Assembly: GCA_964016885.1 (NCBI GenBank)
Contig: OZ024743.1
Span: 364,622,001-364,686,000 of the forward strand
From: Eledone cirrhosa
Lineage: Eukaryota
Length of the DNA: 64,000 nucleotides
Direction of reading: 5' to 3'
The position numbers and the translations under genes were made by a program. This document shows positions 25,110-38,225 of the stretch, in pieces (position 1 is the first letter of the stretch; each line of letters starts with the position of its first letter). The notes under the pieces were generated by a model. The model saw nothing but the letters and a program-made list of their open reading frames with translations. It was not told where the DNA came from and ran no database searches.

Positions 25110-25855
25110 TTATCATTTTGTCTGTTTTTCCATGCTTGCATGGATTGAAGGTCTTTTCCAGCACATCCTCCCACTTGTGGCTCTGTCAACTTGTCTGAGG
25201 TTCAATGATTTAACATTGGCTCTTGCAACCTCAGCCCACGTTCTCCTTAGTCTCCCTCCATTGTAGCTCCTTACCACTGGGATCTCTTGACACTTCATCC
25301 ACATGTATCACATAACCAAACCAGTACAATCTTCTCTCCTGCACACATCTGAGTATCCAACTTTTCTTGCAGCTCATTCATGCACTATAATTGCACGTAG
25401 CACTCTGCTCACAGAGCCTGTCTTTCTTAGTAAGAAAGAAAACAAATCACGGTAGTAGCTGCCTGAAATGTTTCCTTATCTCAGTCACCTTCACTAATTA
25501 GATGATTTAGGTAGCAGAAGCTATCAATCACTTCTATGGAGCCTTCCTGGGATTAGAAACTTGATATCTCTTACTTCTAACTATCCCTGTTCATTGGCCA
25601 CATACAAAATTTACCTTTTCTGTTAGTCTGTCTGCTACCCCACTACACCTTGTGTAGCTAAGATTTATATTGTATAGAGTTACTATGTTCTTCTTTTCTG
25701 CATATAGAACAGTGTCCCTTTCCTGATAGGATAAGTGTCCTGTCTTTCCTGCTTACCAAAACCTTTGTTTTACCCAAGTTTACTCAGCTGGAATTTCTTC
25801 TGTAGCTCTCATTGATGTCATTAACATACAGAAGTTCCCATGGGCATCTTGCTTT
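25110..25855 (-). mobile_element. Old degenerate RTE RT fragment
   Basis: Colinear similarity to 16220-17460; retains CPWELLY(V)ND at the RT active site. Confidence 0.75.
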
Positions 25856-26191
25856 AACATTTACATTTTTCTATATATACTATTATATTTCCACAGTAAA
25901 GGCGTTACTCACGTAATATTGAATCTATGAGATTTTGATATTATTTATTTTGAGAACAAAACATCAGTATGAGTGGCTGGTTTGAAAAGAAAGAGGTGAA
26001 AGAATTCTGGCTGGATATGGCTGCTTTAAATGCTAAAGGGTTTAACTCATCTGCTATTGCTCGGAGAACTATAATAAACAGCTGATGGATGACCGAGCCC
26101 TGATGAATTCCTCACAACCTACTCACTTTACTGACAGTTCCCCTATGGCTTGCATTGCTCTTTCACGTTATATTACACCTAGTTACCTTAA

Positions 26192-26377
26192 CCCTTTAGA
26201 ATTTAAACCTGCCTTATCTGGCCAGAATGTTCTTACCTCTTTCTGTTCAAACTGACCTTAACTTATGTGATAGTATTGTTCTCAACATAAATAATATCAA
26301 TCTCATAGATTCGATATTATGTGAAATAAATCCTTTACTACGAAAATACAATAGTGTATATAGAGTAATGTAAAGGG
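26192..26377. mobile_element. piggyBac-family MITE (a further partial copy at ~25860-26040)
   Basis: TTAA-CCCTTTAGAATTT...TAAAGGG-TTAA; same family as 7114-7319. Confidence 0.75.
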
Positions 26378-26539
26378 TTAAGGACCACCATATAAGATTG
26401 CTGCATAACATTACATGATTTAATCCACCATTCTCAGTGGGCTTAGAGACTAATATAGCTAAAGTGTTCTTTAGCATTTATACTGGCCATAATTCTCTTC
26501 CCTCTTTCTGTTCAATCAGGCCGAAACTGGCTTTTTATG

Positions 26540-27074
26540 TCGTGATGCGCATGAAAAAAAGTGTAGGGCAATCAAAATTGAAGTTAGGAGTAGGTAGACC
26601 CAGAAAAACCTGGGACGACATGATAAAATCTGACCTTGCATACTTACATCTCTCTAAGACAATGTCACTGGATCGAGACCTTTGGCGCTACGCCTTTCCA
26701 TACAGTTAAACCTACAGTCAGTAGGCACCTCTTAACCAAATATACACCCCTACTCCATCCTCCCAGCAACACCACCCTTTCTATGTAAAATTATGTTGGT
26801 ACCACAACATCCAGCCCACACTAAAGAGGTCATGTAGGTGTCACGACAAAAAGCACCCAGTCGACGCTGTAAAGTGGTCGTGTAGGAGACGCGGTAAAAA
26901 GACTCCCAGTCCACACTATAAATGTTGGTGTTAGGAAGGGAATCTAGCCGTAGAAAACCTGCCAGATACAGTCCTATACGAGTGAGACACGGTCACCCGA
27001 TCAATCTTGCCTCAAGTGGGACAATTCCCGTCTAACCCATGCTAGCGTGGAAGATAGACGTTAAACGATGATGA
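26540..27074 (+). mobile_element. 5'-truncated RTE 3' fragment inside a degenerate piggyBac copy (~26470-28130)
   Basis: GVGRPRKTWDDMIKSDL...DRDLWRY C-terminus and (GAT)n tail. Flanks match the piggyBac derivative. Confidence 0.8.
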
Positions 27075-28184
27075 TAGTCAATGTATTGTTCTAAAAATAA
27101 ACTGCCATCAAAATCTTATAGATTCGAGATAAAGCCTTTAGTGCGAATATACATTAGTAAACTTGTGGTAAAACTTGTTTTAACGTTTGAAGTAAGACCA
27201 ATTTTTCGTATGTTTCAATATAACTTCTGAAAGTAGCGACACCGACTTATGAAGATTTACAAAATGATAAAAAAAAATTACTGATTTGTCTTTGAACGTA
27301 TTGGATCTATACATTTCTGAATTTTCATCTGACGATAGTGATAGTGAAGTTTTCCACGTTGTCATTGAAAACATTAGTGACATGGTTGAAAACAATAACA
27401 ATACCTGATTTCATTGAAAAAACTGGTCCACAACACATATTCCCAATGCTCAACCACTGGATTATTTCTTTTTGTTTTCGAAGCTGTGGCAGAAAAAACA
27501 AATTGATATGTGCAACAAACAATTTCTAATCAAGGAAAACCCGATCTATTATGGTGATTGACAGAAGCTGTGAAAATTCGAGCATTTTTTACCATATATG
27601 TTTGGTATAAAACAATTTCCAAGATTGGTATTACTAGAGCCAAGACATAAGGTATGGGTGGGGTTAAGAAATCTGACCAGTATTGTGCTTACTACCCAGT
27701 TGGATGTCCTAGACAGAAATAGTGGAGATATTTTTGTGGGTTTTAGTGAATTTAACCATTGTGAATTCTTTTATTGTATTTACTCAATGCCACAAGTATC
27801 CACCACCAAAAGACTACTGCCACATGGAATTTCGTGTGGACATGGAAGGTACACTTCCTGAAAATAGCTGCGAGAAAATCAAAATTAACTGAAGTAGATA
27901 TTAAGAGAAAATATTTATTTTCATAAAATAGAAAAAATGAATGGGAGGAAAAAAGTAAAAATACATAGTTGTAAATCATTGATATTTAAACGTCTATTGA
28001 CAAAATTCCAAGTCTGCACATAGAAAATTAAGTTACAAACAAATATAATTGATAATCCTCGCGAATATGATTAACTCAAAATAATTTAGATAGATAAACA
28101 TGACATTTGACTAATGTAAATGCTAAAGGTATAAGGCACTAAATAAATATTTCCTTCTAATATAGGATTTTTAATAGATATAAA

Positions 28185-31100
28185 CTGTCTTAAAGACACC
28201 GAACCTCACCCAAAATATAGTCAAAATAAACAATAGATTAAACAGTAAATCGAATAGGAGGTATATCACCCCAAATAAATTAGGTGAAACAGTCAACAAG
28301 TATAACCAGGATTCAAAACACCCTCTAATGATACTAAAACCAATCCAATAAACGAAACAGAATAAGAGATAAACCACATTAGAAATTTGAATTCAAATAA
28401 ATCCCAGTCTGTTAACCCTCGTGCAATTGACGTAATCCCCAGAATGCCCTCTCCTCTGAACTAAGCTAACATTGGAACCTCCCACAAAAAATCCCCGTAG
28501 AATACTCTATCATAGCTGTTAATAAACAACTGCCTTCTACAGTACGTTTCATTTAACTTACGCAGCATATTTATTTGTTTACATGCACAGACTCTTCTAC
28601 ACACGCACAACATTTAGGAAAACGGAAACAAAATACACAAAAAAACAGACATTTTATTTCTATCGTAATCAAGTGCGCTAAACCTATATTGTTTACATTC
28701 TGTGTTTTTCTACGGATGGGTAGAAATAACAAAATTGCCATGGTGATATCCATCGATGAAATTTGCGACAAAACCGGTCGATGTCCCAAAATAGAACATT
28801 GCCCAGAAAATCACATCTGCCATATCTGTGCGGAACCCGAAAACTCGTTCCGTAATCGCTGGGTCGAATGCGGAACCTGTCGCATCTCTGTCTGCCTTCA
28901 ATGCGCCACAGGCTTCCGGAGGATCCCAGGCCCAAAAAAGAGACATCATAATGCTATGATGGATGGGAGATGGTCCAGCTAAAATCCTGGTCCTTTCAGT
29001 GTCTGGCCTGTGTGCCTGCCTCCACTAATGTTATTGAAAAACAACAACAACAACAACAACAACAAAAACCAATGACTGAACAACGGCAAAAACCTATGAC
29101 ACTGGCTTCTACTGCTATTCCTGTGGGAGAACATCAGAAACAACAACAACCCATGTCTTCCACTTCCAGTACATCTCGACACCAACAACTAGTGACTGTG
29201 TCTTCCCCTACCATTCCCGTGGAGGAACATCATCATCACCAACAACAACAACAACAACAACCTGCGACTGTGTCCTTCCCTGCCATTCCCGTGGAGGAAC
29301 ATCATCATCACCAACAACGACAGCAGCAGCAGCAGCAATAACAACAACAACAACAACAACAACAACAACCGACCAGTACAGATTTTGCGGAACTGCAACT
29401 AATGATTTCTGCTCTGAGAAGGGAAGTTGCAGGAATAAAGGCAGGCATTCGGGTAGGACCCCACAATGAGGGGTCTTATCGGAATGCCTTGCTAAAGAAT
29501 CTCCCTGTACCTCTTGCTGAAAAGACTGAAAAGACTGCGGAATCTGCTACCCATGAAGTGATTGCCATTGGGGTACCAGAGGACAAGGCTGATCTTCAGG
29601 CATTTGCTGCCAGCTCAGCCAAAGACCTAGGCTGTGTTCCCCCAAAGGGTGCTCTCCGCCTTGGTCGACCTGGTCCAAAACCCAGACTCATCAGGCTGTC
29701 TTTTTCGGACCCCACAGAGGCAACCTCATATCATCTGGCCTCTGCTAAAGCTGGGCGTGAAAATAGGATTACCTTCCGAACACGCCCAGGCCTACTACCC
29801 CATGTACGTCCAAAGCTACGTGCTGCAGCTTCCTTGAATCGGAACTCAGCACAAGATGAAAGTTTTAGTCTGCGTGATGATGGGCAGATCTGGAGGTTTG
29901 TCAAGGCTGGTGAAACGTGGAAGAGAGATACCAGCTGGTCTGAGTGTGATCTACCCACAATAACTGGCAATGTAAAAACTGCTACAACTCTGGGAAACTA
30001 AACCAGAACAACCTGCCACCCTCTACACACCATCATAAACTGCGAGCAGGATACAAATTGTTGTCCTTAAATGCTCGCAGTTTATGCAACAAGATACATC
30101 TATTCGAATCCTACGTCAGAAGCATCGACCCTGACTTCATCACAGTCACGGAAACATGGGCACATTCCTTAGTCTGTGATGGGGTTTTCAGCATTACTGG
30201 GTACAACCTTTTCCGCAAGGACCGCATTAACCGCCGTGGTGGTGGTGTGATGGTCTACGTTCGTTCAAACTTTTCGGTAATTCCTTGCGTTGATTTCAAC
30301 GAATCACAGGAAGAAGTTTTTTTCTGTGACATACGTATGACCATGTCAACACTTCTGCTTGGTGTTGTTTATCGCCCCCCAAACTACCATCAGGACACAC
30401 AGCTTTGCGATATCCTCAGAGTTGCTGCCAAGAAAACAGCCACTTATGTGTTTATTGCAGGTGACTTCAATCATCCGGAGATCGATTGGGAAACCTTTCG
30501 TTGGCCACAAGGTGCAAACGATTTCCTTGAACTAGTGCTGGACTCAAACTGGTCACAAGTAGTCACCTCTCCAACAAGAGGTGACAACACTTTGGACATG
30601 ATCTTCACCACTACTCCTGAAGTGGTTATCAGTTGTACTACTGAGGAACCTCTAGGCGACTCTGATCATGCTATGATCATTGCCAATCTGGCACTTGAGG
30701 GCAGCAACAAAAACCAGAGCCATCTCCAATCTGCTTGCTTTGATTGGAAGAGGGCGGATTGGAACTTGTACTGCACTGAGCTACAGCGCCCAAACTGGCA
30801 TGAGATGTATAACTCTGGAGATGTGAACTCTATACTCCAGAGCATCCTGGACACAATATGGATAGCATGTGCAGCATCAGTGCCACGGAAGCGGAAAAAT
30901 AACCACCCCAAAAGTGCAATCTGGGAAACTTCAGCAGTCCGACTTGCCAGGAAAGAACGTCGGAACGCTGAACGGGAATATAAACTGCATAGATCAGATG
31001 CCAACAGAAAAAAGCGGAATAAATCTTCTAACCATCTCAAGCAAGTGACAAAGAAGGCAGTGCTTGAATTTGAACAGTGCATCGCAACCAATCCTGACAG

Positions 31101-32971
31101 TAAGGTGTTCTGGAAATATGTTCATTCAAAGCAGAGACCTCACTCTCCAGTTGGTCCTCTTCGCAATCCCCACACAAGCCAGATCACTGACGATCCCAAG
31201 GAATGCGCAGAACTCATTGCTGAGTGCTATGCAAGTATTTTTACTGTTGAAAACCAGAATGTACCATCTCCACCATCTCTAACATCAAATTCCATAACAA
31301 CTATGGAATTTACACTTGCAATGTTGCGACGTCACCTTAAGAATAAGCGCAACTATGCCTCCCCTGGTCTTGATGGTGTGACATACCTGCTTCTCAAACG
31401 TGGCGGGTATTTCCTTTTGCGCCAGCTTTCTTTCTTCTTTCAATACTGTCTCAACAATGGTGCTACTCCGGAGCAGTGGAAAACTGCCAGTATCATTCTC
31501 CTGTTCAAAAAGGGCAACCGCATGTCACCTGTCAACTATCGTCCAGTCAGTCTTACTAGCTGTATGGCCAATCTGATGGAATCCTGTGTCAGAGAAACAC
31601 TTTGGAACTTCTGGAGCTCTCACAGCCTCATCCGGCCTTCACAGTTTGGATTTATCCCTAACTCCAGCTGCTGTGATCAGCTTATCGAGTTCCTTGAGGA
31701 CATCACCCGGATCACTGACAGCGGCTCATGGGTGGATGTTGTTTACCTTGACTTTGCTAAGGCTTTTAATTCTGTGCCACACAAAAGACTTATGGCAAAA
31801 CTCTCTGCAATGGGTGTGAGGGATGATCTTTTCGACTGGTTGAAATCCTTCATTCTCAGCCGAAAAGAAGTAGTCACGGTTCTAGGACAGCATTCTTCAC
31901 CATATGAGATGTCATCTGGTGTACCACAGGGATCTGTTTTTGGTCCTCTTTTGTTTGTGGCATATATTAACGACATAGATGCCAACTTACAGAATGCCAC
32001 GGTACTAAAATATGCAGATGACATCAAGCTGTACCTTGAAATCGAAAGGACTGATCCTGAAATTTACAACTCTTTCCTACAATCAGACCTGGACACAATG
32101 CAGCAATGGATCACAGACTGGCAACTGAAGCTGGCTGTGGACAAGTGTACCACCATGCATTTTGGAAGGAAAAATCCAGCGTCCACATACTCCCTCCACA
32201 ACACTGATATCAAAAAGTCCTCTTGTGAACGTGACCTGGGCATTACTGTCAGCAACGATTTGCGTTGGACAAAGCATGTCTCTAAGATTGTCAAGAAGGC
32301 CGAGGGTGTCTTGGTATCACTCAGCAAGACCTTTGTTAGCCGCTCTCCAGCCATCTATTTAAAACTGTATACAGCTATGGTACGACCACACTTGGAATTC
32401 GCATCATCAGTCTGGAACCCCTATCTTGCTCAGAATATTGACCTCCTGGAAACTGTTCAGAGACGTGCAACCAAGCGCATACCCTCCATCAGACACCTAC
32501 CATACTCTGAACGCCTTGCTTCCTTGGGCATGGATTCATTGAAGCTCCGACGTCTGGCAATGGACTTGGTGAATACCCACAGTTTTTAACCATCTCGCCA
32601 ATTGCAACCCTCAGCGCCTCTTTGATCTCCATGTGTCTAACACACGTGGACATGCCTACAAGATCAGAAAACAGCACAGCTCCCATGACTTTCGTAGACA
32701 TTTTTTCACGCTCAGAGTTGCTGAAGCATGGAACAAACTGCCTGCGTCAATTGTTAGCTGCCGAGACACTGCATCCTTTAAGACACTCATGCTTCCCGAA
32801 ATACGCCAAAACTACACCTGATGTACCCCTTCCATGCACATGCACACGTGTGTATCATGACTCGTGCACTGTTCATTTTACTGATGTTTGTGCATTGCCC
32901 TATGTACTGTACATGCACTTTTTTGATGAGTTGTGGTGCACCTGGGCACTGTACACAATATTTCATTATTA
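28185..32971 (+). mobile_element. Near full-length CR1-type LINE (5' boundary approximate)
   Basis: ORF1 remnant from ATG 28716 with a Cys/His PHD-like finger, polyQ tract and C-terminal domain (29402-30001). ORF2 with APE and RT. CR1-type C-terminus TRGH..K......R.FFT.RV...WN.LP in a shifted frame (32633-32821). (ATT)n tail. Confidence 0.88.
30058..32589 (+). CDS. LINE ORF2: APE endonuclease-reverse transcriptase (CR1-type), frameshifted near the C-terminus
   Basis: Motifs LNARSL, TETW, GDFN, SDH; NYRPVSLTS, YLDFAKAF, GVPQGSV.GP, YADD. Confidence 0.9.
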   Translation: MLSLNARSLCNKIHLFESYVRSIDPDFITVTETWAHSLVCDGVFSITGYNLFRKDRINRRGGGVMVYVRSNFSVIPCVDFNESQEEVFFCDIRMTMSTLLLGVVYRPPNYHQDTQLCDILRVAAKKTATYVFIAGDFNHPEIDWETFRWPQGANDFLELVLDSNWSQVVTSPTRGDNTLDMIFTTTPEVVISCTTEEPLGDSDHAMIIANLALEGSNKNQSHLQSACFDWKRADWNLYCTELQRPNWHEMYNSGDVNSILQSILDTIWIACAASVPRKRKNNHPKSAIWETSAVRLARKERRNAEREYKLHRSDANRKKRNKSSNHLKQVTKKAVLEFEQCIATNPDSKVFWKYVHSKQRPHSPVGPLRNPHTSQITDDPKECAELIAECYASIFTVENQNVPSPPSLTSNSITTMEFTLAMLRRHLKNKRNYASPGLDGVTYLLLKRGGYFLLRQLSFFFQYCLNNGATPEQWKTASIILLFKKGNRMSPVNYRPVSLTSCMANLMESCVRETLWNFWSSHSLIRPSQFGFIPNSSCCDQLIEFLEDITRITDSGSWVDVVYLDFAKAFNSVPHKRLMAKLSAMGVRDDLFDWLKSFILSRKEVVTVLGQHSSPYEMSSGVPQGSVFGPLLFVAYINDIDANLQNATVLKYADDIKLYLEIERTDPEIYNSFLQSDLDTMQQWITDWQLKLAVDKCTTMHFGRKNPASTYSLHNTDIKKSSCERDLGITVSNDLRWTKHVSKIVKKAEGVLVSLSKTFVSRSPAIYLKLYTAMVRPHLEFASSVWNPYLAQNIDLLETVQRRATKRIPSIRHLPYSERLASLGMDSLKLRRLAMDLVNTHSF

Positions 32972-33910
32972 GTGGGGGAGGGTGCTCTGAAAGTACAGTA
33001 GCTAGAGTCAGAACTGGATGGAAAAAGTTCAGAGAGCTTATACCACTATTAGCCGCTAGAGGGTTCTCCCTAAAAATGAAAGGCAGGTTATACGATGCCT
33101 GCATACGAACAGCAATGCTGCATGGCAGTGAGACCTGGGCATTGTGTGCAGAGGATATACGCAGACTAGAGAGGAACGAAGCTTGCATGCTCCGCTGGAT
33201 GTGCAATAGTAATATACGTGAACGGCAAAGCATAAACGAACTAAGGAAAAAATTAGAAATAAGAGGGATCAGATGTTGTTTACTCGAGAGAAGGCTACGT
33301 TGGTACGGTCACGTGATGCGCATGAAAGACGACAGCTGTATAACAAAGTGCAGGGCAATAAAGATAGACGGTAGCCACGGAGTAGGCAGACCCAGAAAAA
33401 CATGGGACGAGCTGATAAATTCCGACCTCACACGCCTACACCTCTCCAAGACAATGTCACTGGACCGAGACCTTTGGCGGTACTCAGTAATAGAGAAGAC
33501 CCGCCTTACCTAAATACAAAGTAAAAACCTACTACAGTCAGTAGGCATCTCTATCAAAACACACCCCCGTCCCACCACCTCCACCCCACCCACACCGCCC
33601 CTTTCAATGTAAAGTTATGTTGGTCCCACAACATCCAGGCCGAAACAAATGAGATCGTGTAGGTGTCACGACAAAAAACACACAGTCCACGCTGTAAATG
33701 TGGCCGTGTAGGCAACACGGTAAAAACCTCCCAGCCCCACACTGTAAATGTGGTTGGTGTTAGGAAGGGCATCCAACTGTAGAAAACCCGCCAGACAGTC
33801 CTATGCGAGCAAGACAACCACTCTTGCCTCAAGTGGGAAAACCCCCGTCCAAACCCATGCAAGCGTGGAACACGGACGCTAAACCTGATGATGATGATGA
33901 TGATGATGAT
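32969..33910 (+). mobile_element. 5'-truncated RTE copy inserted at the CR1 tail
   Basis: SGGGCSEST...RVRTGWKKFREL protein ~80% similar by eye to ORF 16495-17424; (GAT)n tail to 33910. Confidence 0.92.
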
Positions 33911-33923
33911 GTTATTGTTATTA

Positions 33924-34041
33924 TATCATGACTCGTACACTGTTCATTTTCCTGACATTTGTACATTATTCTATGTACTATACATGCACCTTTGATGAGT
34001 TGTAGTGCACCTGAGCACTGTACACAATAATTTCATTATTA
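33924..34041 (+). mobile_element. Second CR1 3'-UTR fragment
   Basis: Diverged copy of 32853-32971. Confidence 0.85.
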
Positions 34042-37000
34042 TATAGTAAAAAATTAGATCAGCATATTTATACAGCGGAGGTGAGGTACCTGTAACTTGC
34101 ACATAGCTCTACACAAGCACCAACCTTCTCCGGAAGGTAGAGAAAAATATCATGGACAAATAAAAGTTTATAGGTTGATCATATGTTTTTAACACTTTCC
34201 TTTGCAAGGCAAGTAAATACATTACAAAGAATTACTTCATTGAATTGAAATTATCCAATTTGCCAACATAACTTCCCTAAAATAGACAAGGGAGTTAACT
34301 CCAAAAAAGATCATTTCATTAAAAAAACAACAAAATCACGAACGACAAGGGAGACAACCCTAACATTAAAAACAAGACAAGTATGATGAAAAGGCACCCA
34401 AGTACTAAATGTTAAACAAGGTAAAGCATGAATTCTTCCACCAAGCATCTAGTACAGTTATACCAGCCTTTTATATTCCGCTTGACTTTTGTTGGGGAAC
34501 CTTGAACTGTTTCATTTTATACTTGTTGTGACTCTGAGTTCATGTCCCACTGAGGTTAACTTTTTCATCTTTCCGGAGTCGAGGTACCAGTCAACAGCGA
34601 TGGATGCTGTAAGTTTAAATATTGTCGTGGTCTTTGGCTGGTTTAATAATTTTTGGTCCTTGGGTGCCTATAGTGTTCTATTACAATCATGTTCGTATCT
34701 ACTTTGAGGTTACTTCCTTAAACCAGTCATGGAGGCACTGAAAAAGGTTAAAAAATATGCACTACCGCTCCATAGAATTTAAAAATCGTTTGGGTTATCT
34801 CCCTTGCAATAAACTTAGTCTGCTAGATTTGTTTTGCTGGAATATAAAGACTCCGATATAAGCTTTGGTATTGACTTCAGCTCGTGTTTGGTCTCTCTGG
34901 TTTCAATTATAAAGATACAGATATGGGTGTGTGTGTTGGATCTTTCAACAACGAAAAATGAAAATATCAGAACAGGCAATGGAGAAAAAAATTGTAAGGA
35001 AGACTGAAGACAACTTTTTCATTGCTGAAAAATAAAGGAGCCGAGCGTTAGACCGGATCAAGAAAGTACTGGTAATATCTGCTGGTCGCAACTTCTGGCG
35101 AAAGGAAGAAAGATCTGATATTGCAAAGCATTTTGTCCGACTCTGTAGCAACTCTGCCAACCCACCGCCTTTTGACCTGTATTTATTTATTGAACACTGA
35201 AGGATAGAAGTTTACCTCGGTGGGATTTGATCTCAGAGTGTAGTGTCACAGAACAAATAGGTGTTTTAATACGATGCCCTAACGATTTCCCCGATTCGCC
35301 ACCAAAGACCTTCGCTATGTAAGTTTTTCACGTATATCAAGCTTTTGAAAGATCTGCCTACTCAACCAGCTGATGGAGTTCCTAGGGGTCAGCTGATCAC
35401 CGACTGGGAAGCGCGTAGGTAAACGATATAGATTAAAAAAGAAATCAAAGATATGTTTGGGGAAAGTGGAATGGGCCTCCGTTGGTTTCAATGATGAGTG
35501 TTTGATCAACGTAACAACCTGCTTATAAAACTAACGTGCAAGTGGTTCAGTATTCCTAAGACACGTGTACTTTTAATGTAATTTTCAGAGAGATTCAGCG
35601 CGACACAATGCTATAGTCCATACGACAGACTTCCAAACAGTTTCCGTCCACTCGATTTCATTCACAGGGCATGGGTCGACTCGAGACTACGATATGTGAA
35701 AATTGCACACTGGGATAGACTCCGGGGCCTAGTGAATGTAAAGCGAACTCAGCCATTTGGATAGGGGTAAAAAATAAATTAATTTAAATTATATAACTGC
35801 GTTTTCATCTTTTAAAGTTAAATAACTCTTGAACTTATTCTTAAGTTAACTCCCTTGATTTTTTTTCTTTCATCGTAAACATTTCTTCACTAGCCGTATC
35901 AATGATATAAAACTCGCAGCTGTCCGAATTTATATGCTATACATTCTATTCTCTGTTGTCTTCGGAGGTGAAATATCACTATCAAGTTAAAAGTTTGTTC
36001 CTGGTGATCATGTAAACAACTGACGAACTTTTGAGAGGAATATGCTGATATGGGTTATTTTAAAACTACTCTATATCCATAGGATGACGATTTTAGCTCA
36101 GCACAGCAAGTTATCGCAACACTAACTTAATTATATAAAAGGTGGGAAATTGGCAGAGTAGTTAAAACGTCGGATAGAATGCTTTGCGGCATTAGTTCTG
36201 GCTATTAGCACTGTGAGATCAAATCTCGTGGAGGTCAACTTTGCATTTTGTTCTATCGAAGTCCATAAATAAAGCAACAGTTTATAACAGCGGACTATTC
36301 TCACTTCCTGTCTCTTTCTCTAGAAGAAAAATGTCTGTTTAAATATTCAAGACACGTCGTATATCACAATGGCGCTTCTACGGCTCCATCAAGAGTTAAA
36401 GGCCCGTGACCACAACATTGGCAAGTTAATTATACTATGCTCCCGCTGCCAGTAAATTTAATTCACAGCTATATGGAGTGAATCATCGAAGTTTATTTCT
36501 TTTGGATAATCTTGTATTCTTTCACTGGTTTCTGTCATTTGGCGGCGGTCATGCTGGCGCACCACCTTGAAGGGTCGGTCGTTTCGAACTCTTTCTGTTG
36601 AACTGTTAAATACAGAACTTAAACAAACACCCGTTATTAATGGATGTAGATATAAACACACATACATGTATATATATATCCTAAAGTCATTATTGCCGGG
36701 GTGGGAGTAGCCCGAGAATCTCTCTATTAAGATGCCTCAAATGGCATGCGTCTCATATAGCCTCTGGCAACCAAAGTTCTAATCCTGACCTTCCCGTAGC
36801 AGAGATGTTTGGAATTGGATAAAGAGAAGGGACAAAGGTGAGTTACTGGCGCTTTAAAACCACTTGTTCCGGGTAGACATAATTCGTCAGCCTTGGGTGG
36901 CAGTTTGCCTATAGGAGAAGAGTCACTCTGATTTCAGAACATGAGTAGATGGGACACCTTAATCGTAATTATGACAACCCATGTGTTCGCGGGAACTCAG

Positions 37001-37504
37001 AAACCCCTCTGATTGATACCAGAGTGTCTAGTAACTTCACTGGGAGTGAAGGATCCTGAATTGTTGCCACAACATTCTTTTAAGAGAAGGAAATTCTGAA
37101 GTAAAACCTGTGGTTTATGTGATTACTGGTAATTTTGCTTATGCTTATAAGATAATAATCGCTGAGATTGAGTGTAGTAAAGCATTTGTCACTATAACCC
37201 ATGATGTACAGATGTCTCTTTTGCAACCTCCCCATCTGTCCGTTTATCGCTGCAGCAAATACAGGCCGGTAATCTGAATTCTTGGTCCTAAATATACATT
37301 GGACTTATTGCTGAAGCTATTGGGGTGTCACGCGAATTTGCGTCAATGAAATACCGCCACTTCCAAGGCGGGAGCAGTCACAGTTCCCCAGTCACCTGTG
37401 TCATGTGTACTATGTCGGAGTGTTGTCAGTGCCTGGAGCTGGGGTCTTAATCTTGCTTTTGTTGCTGGATACACACACGCACACAAACATGTATATATAT
37501 ATAT

Positions 37505-37955
37505 ATACGATATTAATAAATGGAAACTATATTTATAAAACCATATTTATTTCATTATACATATTTCAGGGATACCAAAAATTTGTCGATATATATATAT
37601 ATATATATGCAAAAGTTCTATTTAAAATTGTTGGGATACAACAAGTAAATATTTTTATAACTGATATAAAGCACTCGACACGCTTTTCTCCACGCTTTTC
37701 TCTCTCTCTCTCCGTCTTTTGTTACTTATCCTTAACACTACGACTTACTAAAATTAATATAAACAAACCACTATCCTGATGTCCTCCAAAAGTAATGGTC
37801 GCATTTTGAAAGGGTACGTCAATGCTTATTTATAAAACTGATATATATTGTATTTTTGTCTGATGAAGGCATACTATAATTTAACTTGGTATCCTTGAAA
37901 TATGTATAATGAAATAAATATGGTTTTATAAATATAGTTTCCATTTGTTAATATC

Positions 37956-37958
<3 letters not shown>
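37505..37958. mobile_element. Penelope pseudo-LTR-like remnant with inverted ends and a minimal hammerhead
   Basis: 37505-37577 is the reverse complement of ~37887-37958; flanked by (TA)n; hammerhead core at 37860-37908. Confidence 0.6.
37853..37914 (+). ncRNA. Minimal hammerhead ribozyme motif
   Basis: UUUUGU-CUGAUGA-AGGCAUAC...GUAUCCUU-GAAA-UAUGUA-UA|AUGAAA; near-palindromic stem III. Confidence 0.6.
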
Positions 37959-38000
<42 letters not shown>

Positions 38001-38043
38001 AGTCGCCCAAAACCAAATGGCCATAATAATAGTCGATCATTAT

Positions 38044-38225
38044 TGGCAGTATCGGTAGAGAGTCGGACACCATGCTTTGAAGCATAGAGTTACGTCCCTT
38101 TACGGTCTGAGTTCAAATCCCGCCGTGGTTAACTTTGCCTTTCATCCTTACGGGGGTCGATAAAATAAAGTACCAGTAATACACTGGGTTATTGCTGGCC
38201 TTGTGCCAAAAGTAGAAACAATTAT
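38044..38225 (+). mobile_element. SINE (family also at ~674-750, 1160-1240, 36145-36270, 35180-35300)
   Basis: A/B-box-like TGGCAGTATCGG...GAGTTCAAATCCCG, with multiple dispersed diverged copies in the window. Confidence 0.7.

Noticed and set aside
26100-26130. CTGATGA as a hammerhead core
   Set aside because: No stem II or GAAA partner follows.
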